From Lama guanicoe (lineage: Eukaryota): a DNA stretch of 64,000 nt. Below, one piece after another: positions 27,164 through 40,500 of this stretch. The position numbers and the translations under genes were made by a program. The notes under the pieces are model-generated. The model did no database searches. It saw nothing but the letters and a program-made list of their open reading frames with translations, and was not told the DNA's origin. Location: the NCBI GenBank assembly GCA_013239625.1, contig MU056000.1:14660851-14724850 (forward strand), written 5' to 3'. Position 1 is the first letter of the stretch. The number at the start of each line of letters is the position of its first letter.

Positions 27164-27748
27164 TGTGTTGGACAGAATAAGGCTGTGCCAAGGATATCCA
27201 TGTCTACATGCCTGGAATCTATGAATATGTTACCTTACGTGGCAAAAGGTAATTTGTGGAAATAATAAAGGTTAAAAACACTAAAAGAAGGAGTTTATTC
27301 CAATTATCATGGTGGCCTCAATCTACATTCATGAACTTTTAGAAGTTCAAGAGACAGACAGAAGGGTGAGAGATGTGACAACAAAAGAAGAAAGAGGAAA
27401 AATCCACAGTTGTAAAGACCAGAACTGCCATTGCTGGCTTTGAAAACGGAGGAAGGGAGCCATGTGAGAAGGCACGTGGGCAGCATCTAAAAGACGCTAG
27501 CTGCTGTCGGCTGACAGAAAAGAACCAGGAGTTCCAGTCTTACAGCCACAAGGAACTGAATTCCACCGCAAACCTGAGTAAGCAAGGAAACGGACTGTCC
27601 CCAGAGTCACAGGAAAGGAAGAAACCCAGTTGTCACCTTGGTTTTAATCTGGTCAGACACATATTGGTTTCATAACATTACACATTTGTGCTGTTTTAAG
27701 CCTCAAAGTTTCTAGTAAGGTGTTATAGCAGCAGTTGAAACTAACACG
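27164..27748 (+). mobile_element. MaLR solo LTR (MLT1D/E-like)
   Basis: tgtgttggacagaataa, gaatatgttaccttacgtggcaaaagg, tgctggctttgaaaacggagga, tacagccacaaggaactgaatt, ending gaaactaaca. Confidence 0.85.
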
Positions 27749-29139
27749 TCTCAATACGTTCTTGCTGAAAGAATAAATAACTGATGAAAGAAACATCCAC
27801 AACAAATTCAAATCTCTTACATGAAAATTTAGCAAAAAAGATAAAATATTATCTCAACTATTATTTATATGTTCCTGTTTTTCTTATTCCTTAAAGATAA
27901 GCCTTCATTTTCATTCATTTAAGAGATCTAGGTTAGCAGGATGTTTGCTCAGGGATGAATTTTGGTGCTTAACCAGCTCCTGATTTTTAGAGAGGTGTCG
28001 AAATCTGCTAACTAGATTTTTAGCTTCCTTCAAAGAGAAGGCGTTAAGAGCCTCCTCTAGCTCTGCCAAGGAAGAAATTGGTCTAATTACTCCAAGTTAA
28101 GGTTGTAATTGCCTTTCTACATGTTACGCCACGAGCCCCTGTCTTATTGCACTCACTGTTAATGAACACAGAAAGAAAGGGGCCCTTGCCCTGCTTGCCT
28201 CACTGACTTTCTCTGGTGCTGACTGTTGTCTCTCAACCGTGGCGCCTCTGCTTGGAACAGACTACTCATTGTTTCCTCAGAATGTACTCCTCAAACTGAT
28301 CACGCCGTAATGGCCAAAGATGGCCTCTGAAACACATTTCCTAACTTCCAACCCTTTTAATTTTCTAATGTTGCTAATTTTTTTTAAGGGTCAATATATG
28401 TGTAAGTCTATGAATAAGTGGGGTTCAATGGGAAATTTTCAAAATATCTTACTGAGTTTTCAAGGGACATCAGACAATAGCAGGTATGTTGTCAAAGATT
28501 TGCTAGCAAAATATGGAAGAAAATAGAAACACACCCATACCTAACCACAAACACGTCATATCAATGCCCAACCCATACACCCAAGAACAAAACCAACCAA
28601 CCAACAAACAAACGTTCAGACACAATGCATTTCCTTTTTTTTTCCTCTGACTATAATTTTATATTCAGGACTGATAATTACTGGAAAAAAAGAAAGAAAA
28701 ACACTGATAATCTCAAATGTTGTCAGGATTTGAAATGTTTCAAAAAAGAAATCTGAAGTCAGATTAAAGAGTTACAGAATTAGCTACGAATATACCTTCG
28801 GTAATCATCTTCGCTTTCTACATAAGAAATTAGTCAATGTGAAATTTCATTTTCTCAAAAAGATGACTCCACTTTAATATTTTCATAAGATTTTTCTGTC
28901 CATCAAGATTCCTTTGCAGTTTCCCAAGAAATAAATTTCATTATCACTATACTGTTTATTTTATAGCTATGCTATTGTACTTTTAGGGATTTATAATACA
29001 ATGATTTTTATTCGATGGAAAATTTCTAATTAACTTGGTGACTCTGAAAATCTTCCCCAAAGTTAATCTAGGCATATCCCCTTTGCATTTAGAAGAAACC
29101 TTTTGATCATGTTAATGCCTATGACTATAGGTGCTATAC

Positions 29140-29550
29140 AGTCTTTCTAGAACCTTGCCATTTTCCCATCAAGAGGCAGAATTTAATCCTCTTCACTTTA
29201 ATCTGCATGGGCCTGCAACCGAGTAGAACTCTGTGAAAGTGACAATGTATGACTTCTAAGGTGAAGCCATAAAAAGGCAATATATATATAGCTTATTAAT
29301 ATGGAGCTCTGTGCCGCCATGTGAACAGCCCCAGTGTTCTGATGCTGCCTTGCAGTGAGGAAGCCCAAACTGCTCACATGAAGAGACCCCATGGAGAAGC
29401 CTGGAGACTAAATGAAGAGAGAGAGATGCAAGGACATCTTCCAGATGCTGCTGCTCCAGTCACCGAATGACTGCAACTGCATCTGAGACCTTCAGCCAAA
29501 ACCACCAAGTCAAGTCTTTCCCAGACACACAGAGTCTTAAGAAATAGTGC
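29140..29550 (+). mobile_element. MaLR LTR (MLT1F/G/H-like)
   Basis: cccatcaagaggcaga, tgacttctaagg, gtgaggaagcccaaact, tgactgcaactgcatctgagacc. Confidence 0.7.
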
Positions 29551-29599
29551 AAGATGGACTCTGAATGTCCTCTTGCTTTTGTAACATCCTTTTTCAGTC

Positions 29600-30050
29600 T
29601 ACATTATTTCATTCTTTCTAAACAGTCTGGTTTTCCATTGTAGGCGTTTTCTGTGGTTCTGACCTCGACTAATATCATCCAATTCCACGGTTTCATTTAT
29701 CATGTATAAATGATGGTTATTCCAAATATCTCCTGAGGTTTCAGACTAAATTCTCAAAGGTCTATTGAACGCACATTTATATTCTCCCACATATCTCAAA
29801 TTCATAATACTCCAGACCAAAGCCATCATTTCCACTATTTAAATGATTCCTTCCTTCTTTATATGTAATATTTCTGTATAGTACTACCATTTAACCAGTT
29901 TCCAAAGCCAGACTATATGAATCATCTTGTCTCTTCTGTTTCCTTTAACTCACCCCCTACATTAAAATGTCACTGATTCCTTGTGTTTCTCTAAATATTT
30001 TTCCCACTTTTAGTCACTGTCCATATCACTAATAAAATATTGTATTTCAG
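29600..30050 (+). mobile_element. L2 fragment
   Basis: ccacggtttcatttatcatgtataaatgatg...ccaaatatc; catatctcaaattca; ccagtttccaaagccaga...tcatcttg. Confidence 0.6.
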
Positions 30051-30719
30051 AGGAATATCTGATCCTCTCACTTTCCATGAGAGGATAAAATAAACGTATT
30101 TTAAGAGCAATTAAATTCACCTCATTCTGTCCTTACAAACTGCAAGCTAAAATGTGTAATCACCCAGCAACGTTTTCAGAAGATCTGAAAGACTTTACAT
30201 TTAATTAGACACTCCCTGTTTAGGAGGCATGTGTGTTAGAGTGCACCACAATCTATAGAAAACCCTAAGTGTCTTAGGGATCAATCATGTAGAAAAGCTC
30301 AAATTCTAGACACTCCATTCCCTGTAAAATGGTCATTTCTCTTTTTATTAAAGACTCCAACATAAAACATCATTCCTAAACAGGACCATGTCTACCTCTT
30401 GCTTTACCCTCATGCTCATTCCTATATGCTCCAGTGTTAGCTTTTCCACAACCCTTGCCTAAGACTCATCATTCAGTACTCAAGTCATCACATATTTATG
30501 TACATTTTCTTTCTATTAGACTCAGGCCTCCTCCAAACCATTAGTGCATCTTTTTCCCCACTCCATTCTATTGGGCACTTTGATGACTAATTTTGAGCCA
30601 AAAATTTAGAAGGTAATTAAATGGTTTTTGAATAATAAATCTATCAATGAATTTAATAAATTGCTTTGTAGCTACAAAAACAATCAGTACACATCTTCAT
30701 TAACAAAAGTGTTGTGTTT

Positions 30720-31080
30720 CAAATTAGGGAGATGCTACATCCTTCATACTTCACTGATAACATCAAATCTAGATGACTGTATTCAGTTCTGGTCACCATA
30801 TTTTAATAGCACCATAGAGAAAAGGATTTAAAGGAGAATGGCGAAGGTTCATGTGAAGATAGGTCAAAGGAATGAGGAAATCACATGAAAAAGCATTCGG
30901 CATTTGCTGCCTGGACCAGAAAAGCCAAAGAATGGGAATCACAGAGACACAGACTCTGGCTTGGTAGGAATCATTTTATAATAATCAGATACGTTTTATT
31001 CAGTTTTCCATAACCTGAGCTGTTCAATAAAAGAAAAGATGACCACTCAGTGGAAGATTTTACACATTTACAATTCAACA
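30720..31080 (+). mobile_element. CR1/L3 LINE remnant
   Basis: ctagatgactgtattcagttctggtcaccatattttaa is the characteristic CR1/L3 RT C-terminal region (YCVQFWSP-like motif; CIQFWSPYF in the ORF track). Confidence 0.6.
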
Positions 31081-31109
31081 TAGGCCCAAGAGAGGGGAAA
31101 AAACTTGAT

Positions 31110-31137
31110 ACACACACACACACACACACACACACAT
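31110..31137. repeat. (CA)n microsatellite
   Basis: Seen directly. Confidence 0.95.
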
Positions 31138-32754
31138 ATTTGAGTCAGGGAGAAAGAAAAAGAAAAATACAAGTATCACCTAAGGAGAAAGTATCTTGTT
31201 TTACAGAAGAATTCTTGGCCTCCTGAAAGTCTTTAAGGGTTAGCCTGGAGCTTGAGAAGAGCAGTAAGAAAGAGATGAATAGCTCCAGACTACAAAGTGA
31301 AAAGAACCCGGCATTCTTTTAAATAAGTTAGAAAGTGAGGAGTGAGGTAGAGAAGTTAGAAAGAGATGGGAACAGGCTCGGAGCGGACATGACCCAGGAG
31401 TCCAGAGCAAGACCTCTGCTGGTCTGGTAGCTGAAAACCCCAGAAGCAGGAGTGTCTAGGAGCCCGCGCTCAGCTTGGAGCGTCCCCATGAAGTGCCATC
31501 CCTCCTCCTGTCCTCAAGTTTGAATTAAACACCACTGTCCACACAAAGAGACATATGAAAGTGTTTTTATATTTATGTTCTATTTGTGGACATCTGGGAA
31601 GGAGCTAGTTCTCAAAAAGAGAGAAAGATTAGGGCCAGATATATTCAATTCAGAAGAAAAAAAGATTTGAAGACCAGAGAGATTTTTCATAGACTGAGAA
31701 AACCTATATTTGGACCTGATGTTTTTCCAGGATTTCATAGAGCTTTCAGTGAAAACTTTAGGTCTCTCATCACTTGAAATTGTAGAAAGTGGGCTGATTT
31801 CAAATAAGTATAACTTTGATAGGGAACAGGAAACCCCAGTTGACAGCTGCTTTATACACAGTCCATCTGTTCTGCCTGTTACAGCCTTATTGGACCACAT
31901 TAGCCCTAAATGATCCCTCTCCTCTCTGAACTCAATTCACTTAACATGCATCATGTACTAATTTGGGTTACACTTTTGCTGTCTTGAACACTCATTTAAT
32001 TAAGGCTGTGCTGTTTGCATTTGCATGTGCTTATATCATGCCTGAGGAAATATTTATAAACTGCAAAAGGGTAGGGTCTGTTTTATAAAACGTTTTGACT
32101 TTCCTATCTCATGCCTTGTTCCAGTAGGCACTGAACCAATCCTTGCTGAGTTGATGAATCTCTACATGAAGCTAGAAACACTGTTTATGGGCAAATCAGA
32201 TTAATACCCACAAAGAACCCAAATACTTCACCCTCATGTCTCAGAAGTCACTCAGAATTGTGCCCGAGTAAAAAATTTACCTGGCAGTGTAAAATTAAAC
32301 AAAAAATGAAATTTTATTAATATGTAGGACTTTCAGGCAGAAGAAGTATGCAATTCTATTTTGTCTCTATTCTAAGATTATTTGGTAAACATCAGTTCAT
32401 CAGTTTGATAACACCTCCCTCCCCAATGTTAATATAAAGAGTAAGTCAGATCATACATACCATCAGTATCTGGACTCCAAACATGTTTACAGTTGTTATT
32501 CAATAACAAGTGTCATTCTTGTGATTAAAACATACATATAACAAGTTGTTATTTAATTCATACATCAATTTTGAAATATCATATGGAATATAATCTATCA
32601 ATCTTTTTAAACAGTGTAAAAGTGCTAAGTTTCAGAAATTATATGTTTATGAGAAGCAGCATCTGAATAAATGTCATGTCGTTATTCATTCATACTGTAG
32701 TGATTACAAGCATGAACTTTAACAATGAGAGATGTATGCTTAAGTTTTTAATTG

Positions 32755-32940
32755 GCCCACCTACCAGCTCTACAACCTTGGGAACGTTATTTAACCTTTT
32801 TATCAACTCATCTTCCATAAATGTGACTAAATACATCATCTGCTTCATAGCACCTTGTGAAGGTGAAATGAGATAATATGTGTAAAGCACATGGCTCATG
32901 GCACTTCGTATGCACTCAAAAAAAGCTGTCATTATGATTT
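32755..32940 (+). mobile_element. MIR SINE
   Basis: ccacctaccagctctacaaccttgg...ttatttaacct...tgtgaaggtgaaatgagataatatgtgtaaagcac. Confidence 0.75.
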
Positions 32941-34064
32941 TATTGACTTTGTAAATAATAATGCCACTTGTATAATAATTGCAAACAGATAAAATTCCTC
33001 ATTTCAATGTAACAGTAAAATATCACATAGAAATGTGAAGGAAATTAAAACTAATTTTGAATCCAAAATTAAATCTGATAATATAAAAATCTAGAAATCA
33101 CCAAATACTTCCAAGGTCAAAGTTTAAAAGTTTTCTGCGGAGTTTTGTATCCCACTGCTAACATCCCTATGAAAAGAGGAAAGCATTTAGAAGATTGTTG
33201 CATGCTTTCTCCAAAGGTAGTAAAACTAATTAGGATGATGTGCAGGCTGCTGATTCATTTGATTATATGTTTCTACCTAAAGTGCAAAATTTCCCTGCTA
33301 GGTCTGTTGCCTAAAGGAGTTTTGGTTGATTCATCATCTCTTTCACTCAGAGGACTGATCATTGTAAATGACTTTATTGACCCGTGGCTTGGTTCAGCAT
33401 CATATGCTCCAGTGAACCAAGCAATAAACAGCTGCTAAGTGCAGGTGAGAAGTCGTCATGGAAAATTCAAGGACTGAATCAGCGTTCTCTCTGCCATCAG
33501 GCGCCTGTGCTGTCACCAATTTCTAAATTTCTTGTTTGACAGGCCTGGTTTTTAAAGGCACTGGCCCTAGAATAATATATCATCCTGTGGACTTTCATGA
33601 CCTTTAGACAGTCATAGAGGGCATTCTATTTTCAGAATCTGTACTCCCACTTCCTGGATCCATAGCCAGAGTTAGACTACATTTTTAATGGTTTATTAGG
33701 TGCCAGTGGAAATCTCAAGTCAGATATAATTTGATGAAATAACATTTCAGAAATCATTTGATGACTTTAAATATTGCAAAAAGAAAGACAGGAAAGAAAT
33801 ATTAAAAGAGGAGTCACAGGTAATTCAGTAGCTGGGAAACACAGAGAAGAGATAGCTCAGTAGCCTCGACAGATACCCCCTGTTAGAAACAGCCTGATAT
33901 TTGGGACAACTCTTCTATTTAGAGCTGATTTAAAAAAAAAAAAATCTGTCTCCTCCTTTAGGCTAAGTTTGGGGTAGATTCTGTTTTACTGTTGTCAAAG
34001 GTATACAGTGAACATTTGTCGAGTAGGTAAATGAATTGAAAAATAAATTCTAAAATTGCATTCA

Positions 34065-34860
34065 GTATCAAGAGAATGAACAAGACACAGCTTGGGAGAA
34101 CATATTTACAAAAGACATATCTGATAAAGGGTTGTTATCTAAATTATACAAAGAACTATTAAAACTCAACAATTAGAAAACAGATTCTCATTAAAAATGG
34201 GCCAAAGACTTGAACAGATAGCTCACTAAAGAAGATACACAGATGGCAAATCAGCACATGAAAAGATGATCCACAGCATATGTGACTAAGGAATTGCAAA
34301 TTAAAATGAGATACCACCACACACCTATGAGGAAGGCCAAAATCCAGAACACTGCAAACACTGTGTGCTGGAGAGGATCTGGAGGCACACAAACTCTCAC
34401 TGGCCACTGGTGGCAAAGCAGAATGGTACAGCCACTTTAAAAGACAGTTTGGAAGTTTCTTACAAAACTAAACTACTCTCACCAGACAATCCAGCCAATG
34501 AGCTGGAAACTTATGTTTACACGTGAATCTGCACAGGAATATTCGTAGCAGCTTTATTCATAATTACCAAAACTTGGAAACAACCAAGATGTCCTTCAGT
34601 AGGTGAGTGGATAAATAAATTGTGACCTCTCCAGAAATGGAATATCATTCAGTGCCAAAAGAAATGAGCTACAAAGTTTGGAAAAGACATGGAGGAATGT
34701 TGAGTGCATACTGCTAAGTGAAAGAAGCCATTCTGAAAAGATTACCTACCGTATGATTCCAACTTTATGACATTCTTGAAAAAGTGAAACTACAGAGACA
34801 ACAAAAAGAATGCCAGTTGCTGTGAACTGAGGGGAGGAAGGGATGAATAAGTGAAGTAGA
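34065..34860 (+). mobile_element. Older LINE-1 (L1MB/MC-like) 3' region
   Basis: catatctgataaagggtt...aaactcaacaat...aaaaatgggc; ctaagtgaaagaagcca...tatgattccaact. Confidence 0.9.
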
Positions 34861-36039
34861 AATGGTACAAAATAATTCCCTAAATCTAAGTAATTCCAGG
34901 TTCACAGTTAAACAAGAATATACATGTAACTCATTGACTCACTCTTATTTTGTAATATCTTCATTATTTTTACAGCTATCAAAAGAAGTCCATCGGTTTT
35001 CACTCTAGGCCTTCCCGGCTTCAGAGCGTGGGACAGGGAGAGGCCAGGAGAACCCTGAAACCCCAGGATTAAAAGGTGTGTGGGATCAGCAAAAGGAGCC
35101 ATGACATTAGTTAGCACACCTAAGGCCAAGACCTTACTGCGCCAGCACTAATCATGGCTATGAGCGGCTTTAGATCCTCTTGCAACATGGGACCAGAGTC
35201 CTCTTGGCTGGAACAAGGACAGCCAGCTTCAGGTCATCCTTATTTCTATCTGCTGCCTTTAGATTGCTTTAGAAATTGAAAATTAAGATAACACCCATCT
35301 AAAAAGATTTTTTGAAAAAGTCCATCACTTTCTCAAAAAGTTCAAAACAAAATGACTTCCTGCATTTTTTATTTAAAGATATGAATTCTGTGATATTAAT
35401 CATGCTAACACCTGCAGCACAAGTCTCAAATCAAATTGTCTATTATAAACAAAAAGGGATGCAATGATACAATATTCAAAGGTTTTATGGTAAAAATTTA
35501 GAAGATGTTAATCATAAAATTTATAGAAGACAGAGTCATAAAAACTAGAGATCTACAATAGAAAAGAAAATAGGTGACCTACTTTGAACATCCGTAAGTC
35601 CAAAGGGCAAAGGAAATTGGTGGGAACTGACTTTTCACTCATAATAGTTAATATAAGTTATAAACTCTTAAAAGGAGAAATAGAAATTAGTACCAAGAGT
35701 TTTAGAATTGCTGAAGGACAAGGAGCTGTGTGTTTGTTGCTATACACAAAGGAATACTACATACTATTTTTCAATAATGCCTTAGGGATCTTCCTGGAAT
35801 CAGAGTCAGGGAATATTTAAGGAAACACTTTAGAGCAGGCTTATGTACCTCAGTTATTAAGCCAAATGTAAAACAGAGTTAGTAATTAACATTTTAATAA
35901 TATGAAATATATAAAGGCATGGTTACCAAACATTAATTCAAGTCAGAATACTTTATATAAAAATATTGAAAGGCACACTAATACCAACTAATTTAAATAA
36001 TATAATTAGGTTTAAGTGGTAGAATAAATAACTTTGCTT

Positions 36040-36200
36040 AGTACTTCTCAATCTTTAATATGCCTATGGATCACCTGGGGATATTGTTAAAATGCAGATA
36101 CTAATTCTGTTGACTCTGGTGTATTTCTACCATTTCCAATAAGCTCTTAGTTAAAGTCAGTTCTACTGGTACATGAATCATATCTTAAATAACAAAAGTT
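36040..36200. mobile_element. MER5A-like MITE remnant
   Basis: tagtacttctcaatcttt...atcacctggggatattgttaaaatgcagat. Confidence 0.6.
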
Positions 36201-37042
36201 TTTACCATGATACACTAATTACTCTAGAAGTATCTTTCTACAATAAATGGAAAACATAACTCCAAAAGTGGCAAGAAAGTCTCACTTCACACTGAGTTGA
36301 TCATTAGTACAGGACTCTTTAGCATGAGAGCAAAAATGCATGTGACTCTGCAACAAAAAATACACTTTTAAAAATTTTTTCAACACCATCCAGTTTAAAA
36401 ATAGGGGTCAGGGTGGAGTAGGAAAAGCAAAGTGATATCAACAGAAAGTGTTTTCTTGTGTTCAGTTTGTGAGAGATCAGTTCACACAATATGAAAGTAT
36501 CCTCTAACCCCATCCACAGTGTCTGAAAGTTACAAGTTAAAATATTCTAGATAAACTTTTCCTTTTGAATGAGAATTTTGTGAGTACTGTTTTATTATTT
36601 TACATTATATTTTATTTCATTTTATTTTATTCTTTTTATACTTTTTATTATATTATTTTATACTTTTTGCATATATATAGCCAGGTCTTAAATGTCTTTT
36701 TAATATTCCTCCCTTTAATTACTGACAGTAAGTTCAGCTTTCTAAAAATTAATAAAATCTAAAAAGGAAACTATGTAAATGGTAGTGAATATTTTTGTAA
36801 TTAGTGCTCACTGGGTTTGAAAATCTTTTGCTGCTACAGTTTGGATACCCAGTCACAAGGTTGAATTGAACAGCTGGTTGTGACAGATCTAAAGTGCTCT
36901 TAGCATGCATAAAATACGAACCATTATGTTGAGGAAGTTCTATTGCTTTAGCCAACTCACTTATTTATATTAGATCTCGTACAGTAGTGGTCCTAACAGA
37001 GCTCCTTAAATTCCTGTTATTAGCCAAAACAAAATGGAACTC

Positions 37043-37510
37043 TGTAACTGAGCAGGACCTTATGGGGCCTTCCCGGGACAGACTCCTTCCCCATATCCTC
37101 TGCTGTAGCTCTTCTCTGAAATACCTAGATAACAGTATCTGATGCTCACTTCCTGAGATGTTTTACAGATGCTAAAACTACCACCAGATGGAAGAAATTA
37201 ACTATTTGATGATCATGAGGCCCCACGTCTATGGGCACCTAAGGACTGATAATGTTAACTGTCCTGTTACCTCAACATCAACCAATCAGACAACTGTGCT
37301 TGGCTAATCACATACCCTGCGACCCTCTCCTTTGTCTGGCTTTTTAAAATGCTTTGCTGAAACCCTTTGGGGGAGTAAGGATTTTTTGAGCACAAGCCAA
37401 CCATCCTCCTTGCTCACCCCTACAATAAACCTTTCTCTGCTCCAAACTCTGGCATTTCAGTTTGTCTGGCCTCACTGTGCATTGGGCGCATGAACTTGTG
37501 TTCAGTAACA
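37043..37510 (+). mobile_element. Complete solo LTR, ERV1 class (468 bp) with 4-bp TSD ACTC
   Basis: Inverted termini tgtaactga...tcagtaaca; ACTC at 37039-37042 and 37511-37514; internal CCAAT, TTTAAAA box and AATAAA (37424-37429) in LTR order. Confidence 0.9.
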
Positions 37511-40500
37511 ACTCCAGCCTAACTCAGGGTAAAATCTGAAATAAGAAAAGCTTGTAGAGAGGCCATATCCAATATATTTGACCCACATTCTCCAATTGAA
37601 AGGACCCAGGGCACATGTATTCTATTATTATTAACATTTAAGATAACTGCTTATATCGTCTGGGCAAATGGGATCATATTACCCCATGAAGAGAAAATAC
37701 TTAAAGACTTATCCACCAAGTGTATAATCCTTAGCACAATAAATAATGCACTTTAATAATGTTTGCCTGTGTATTTCTCCAGGGCCAGTGGCCTCTACAT
37801 CCTCATGAAGACCCTACACCCCAGCCATGCTGGGCTGCATGCACTTTATCCAACCCTCTGCTCATTCCGAATAGCCTCCTTCTCCCCACAGTTGTTTCAG
37901 GCATTCTTGTCACCATTTTAGAGACAATTCAAACATCAAGTTCTCTGGGATCCCTTTTCAGAATGGGCAAAGAGAAAAGTAATTGATTTCTTCTTCATTG
38001 TCTCTCACATTTTGAAGAGGATCTTGCATTTAAAAAAAAAATTGTTATTATTACATGCTATATTATGTCTGCCATTTTGGAAGGGAGAAAATCTCCCAAA
38101 ACTTTTACTTGCCTCTTTCCCACATAATATCTGCAATTTAAGGGTGAGAAATGCTACCATTACCTAATTATTTTTATATTAAGTATACTTTCAGAAATTG
38201 GGGAAACAATAACAGAGTGGGTTAGCAGAACAGCTGAGCCCACTGTGATTCAAATTCAGTTTAAAATTTCATATATCTCCTGACCACCATAATCTCTGAC
38301 TTTGGTAGGTCCCCATGTATTTGGGTCACCAGAAATTGTAACACTTCAGAGCCAGAAAGTCACTTTTTTGGGGATTGATATTTTCTTCTCCTCCATGTAT
38401 AGTCACCTTAGTAAGTGGCAATAGGTTTTTCTGAAGAAGGCATGGAGGGAGATTTATAATGCATATTTGATGCGGCGTGGATGGTCTTTACTCAGGGGAA
38501 TCCACCATCCCTGTCAATCGAGCTGTTCCAGATATGTGGACAGGCCTTGCTTGGAAAACTGAGTGAGAGGCTGTGTCTCTCCACTGTGGAAATTTAAGTC
38601 ATGTTTCTGGCCACAGTCATAAAATGTGTTGTCATTAATGTATGTATTGAGTAAAACTGTAGTAGGAACAGCATGATCAACTGGCTAACAGCAAAGATCC
38701 CTGCAGGTAAAAACATCCTGGTTAGAAATTTGTTCCTGCTGTTTATTTGCTACGTGCATCATCTCAGCCTTGGCAGTTACTTCCTTGGCTTCTATCGCTC
38801 TGGAACCCCTCTATCTGAGACACTGATGTCAGTGAGCTCATCTCAATGGTGACAGATGAAGAATCAATGGTGACATCTCCCACCCTCATGTCTGAATTCT
38901 GTGGAGAGTACCACAAAACTTGTTGACTGGTACTTGAAATGCCTGGTATTCTCACGTCCTATTGATTTTCACTGCCTTTATGAAGTATATTCTCGAGTCC
39001 CCTAGATGAGAGTGATGTGGAAAGTGGAGGGAGACAGCTTGCCCATAATAAATCTGTGCTAACATTCCTGTCTCTCTAAGCTTTTGCCCTCATTCTTCTG
39101 AGCCATGATAAATAAGTTATGACATTTCAAACTCCTTGAATGTAGGTCACTGTTGAGGACGCATTTCAATCAACCTACCAACTCTACTTTTAGTAGTAGT
39201 TTAAGATGTGCAATCAACTCTATTAAATATAGAATCCCCATTAGCTACATCCATATCAATAAACCCAGCCCAACACACTGTTATATTTTTTCATCCTTTG
39301 TCTAATTTTCTTAGAATACAGTATCTGACATATTCCCTGGCTTTTTGCTGGTATTGATTAGCAAAAATCTTGCAATTATTTTGAAGTATAAGTTAGTTCC
39401 TCCTAGGTCAGATTTTGTACAGATCCTTTGAGAGCATGCTGAGCTCTAGAAAAGTTCTGATTCTAATTATGGGTCAGGAGATAATAATGCGGGAGAGTGA
39501 ATCTTGAGGGAAATGGACAATCATTGCAGGGTAAGTCCATCAGGTGAGTTATTATGAGGTCTTCAAGCAAGAGAAAGCTAGTCTTCTCACATAGAGGAAG
39601 GAAGTCTTCTTCTGCTGACAAGAGAGGCTTAGAGAAACTCAGAGTTTCATGTTTCTCAGCTTAGCCCAAACCCACTCAGATGGCCTCAGAAGCTTTCTAC
39701 ATTTTCTTGCAGTCGTTTGAACAAATAATTTGAAGCCATGAGTTTTTGTGTGTGGCATGTCTGTCTTTATGGTTTATCTGTAAGCTCTCAAGTGCAGTTA
39801 AAACAATTATTCCATCTTCTTACAGTCTTGTAATGACTATGATGAGAAAATAATGAAGGACACTTACAACTTGGCTTCTGGAGCTTTGTTTCAGAGGTCC
39901 CCTCATCACAAGTAAACATGGTTGATTATTTGATTACTGGTAAGTCACAGCACCCTGTAGACTTCTACTGTCCTACATGTCATTAGCAAACAGTTCCGTA
40001 TTATGCTCAAGGCCAAGGTCACGATCAAACCAATGTCCTGGACCAAACACTGGGATTCCATTCCATTTCTGGTATCAGCTCCTCTGGTATCAACTTTTGG
40101 TATCAACTCTTCATTCAGTCAGTATTGAATCAGGAGAACAGAAATTATAACAGTCATGTTAACGGAAGTTTATACACATCTCAGAAGACTTAAACTGCAA
40201 GAAAACAGTGAGGTAAGAAAGAGATAGTAAATGCTGGAAACAGCTACCACCCTTAGGGCTGGGGGAACAAAGGAGAATTTCTTGGTTCTTTTCCTACGAT
40301 CTTTCCAATTCAAATAAAGGCTTTTAAAGAAATGACATGAACAAACTTTTAATTTACACTCTCTTTCTTGAAGTATTTTTCCCATCTTTTTTTTAAACAA
40401 AGGACTGAAATATTTTTTTTTCTCAATGCCAGTTACCTCTTAAAGGTAGAAGATCCTAAAAGATGGAGAATGGGCCCCTGGTGTGAGGGGAAGGGCTCTG

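Noticed and set aside
38764..38955. Ser/Thr-rich 63-aa minus-strand ORF as a possible coding exon
   Set aside because: No convincing flanking acceptor/donor pair and no recognisable homology
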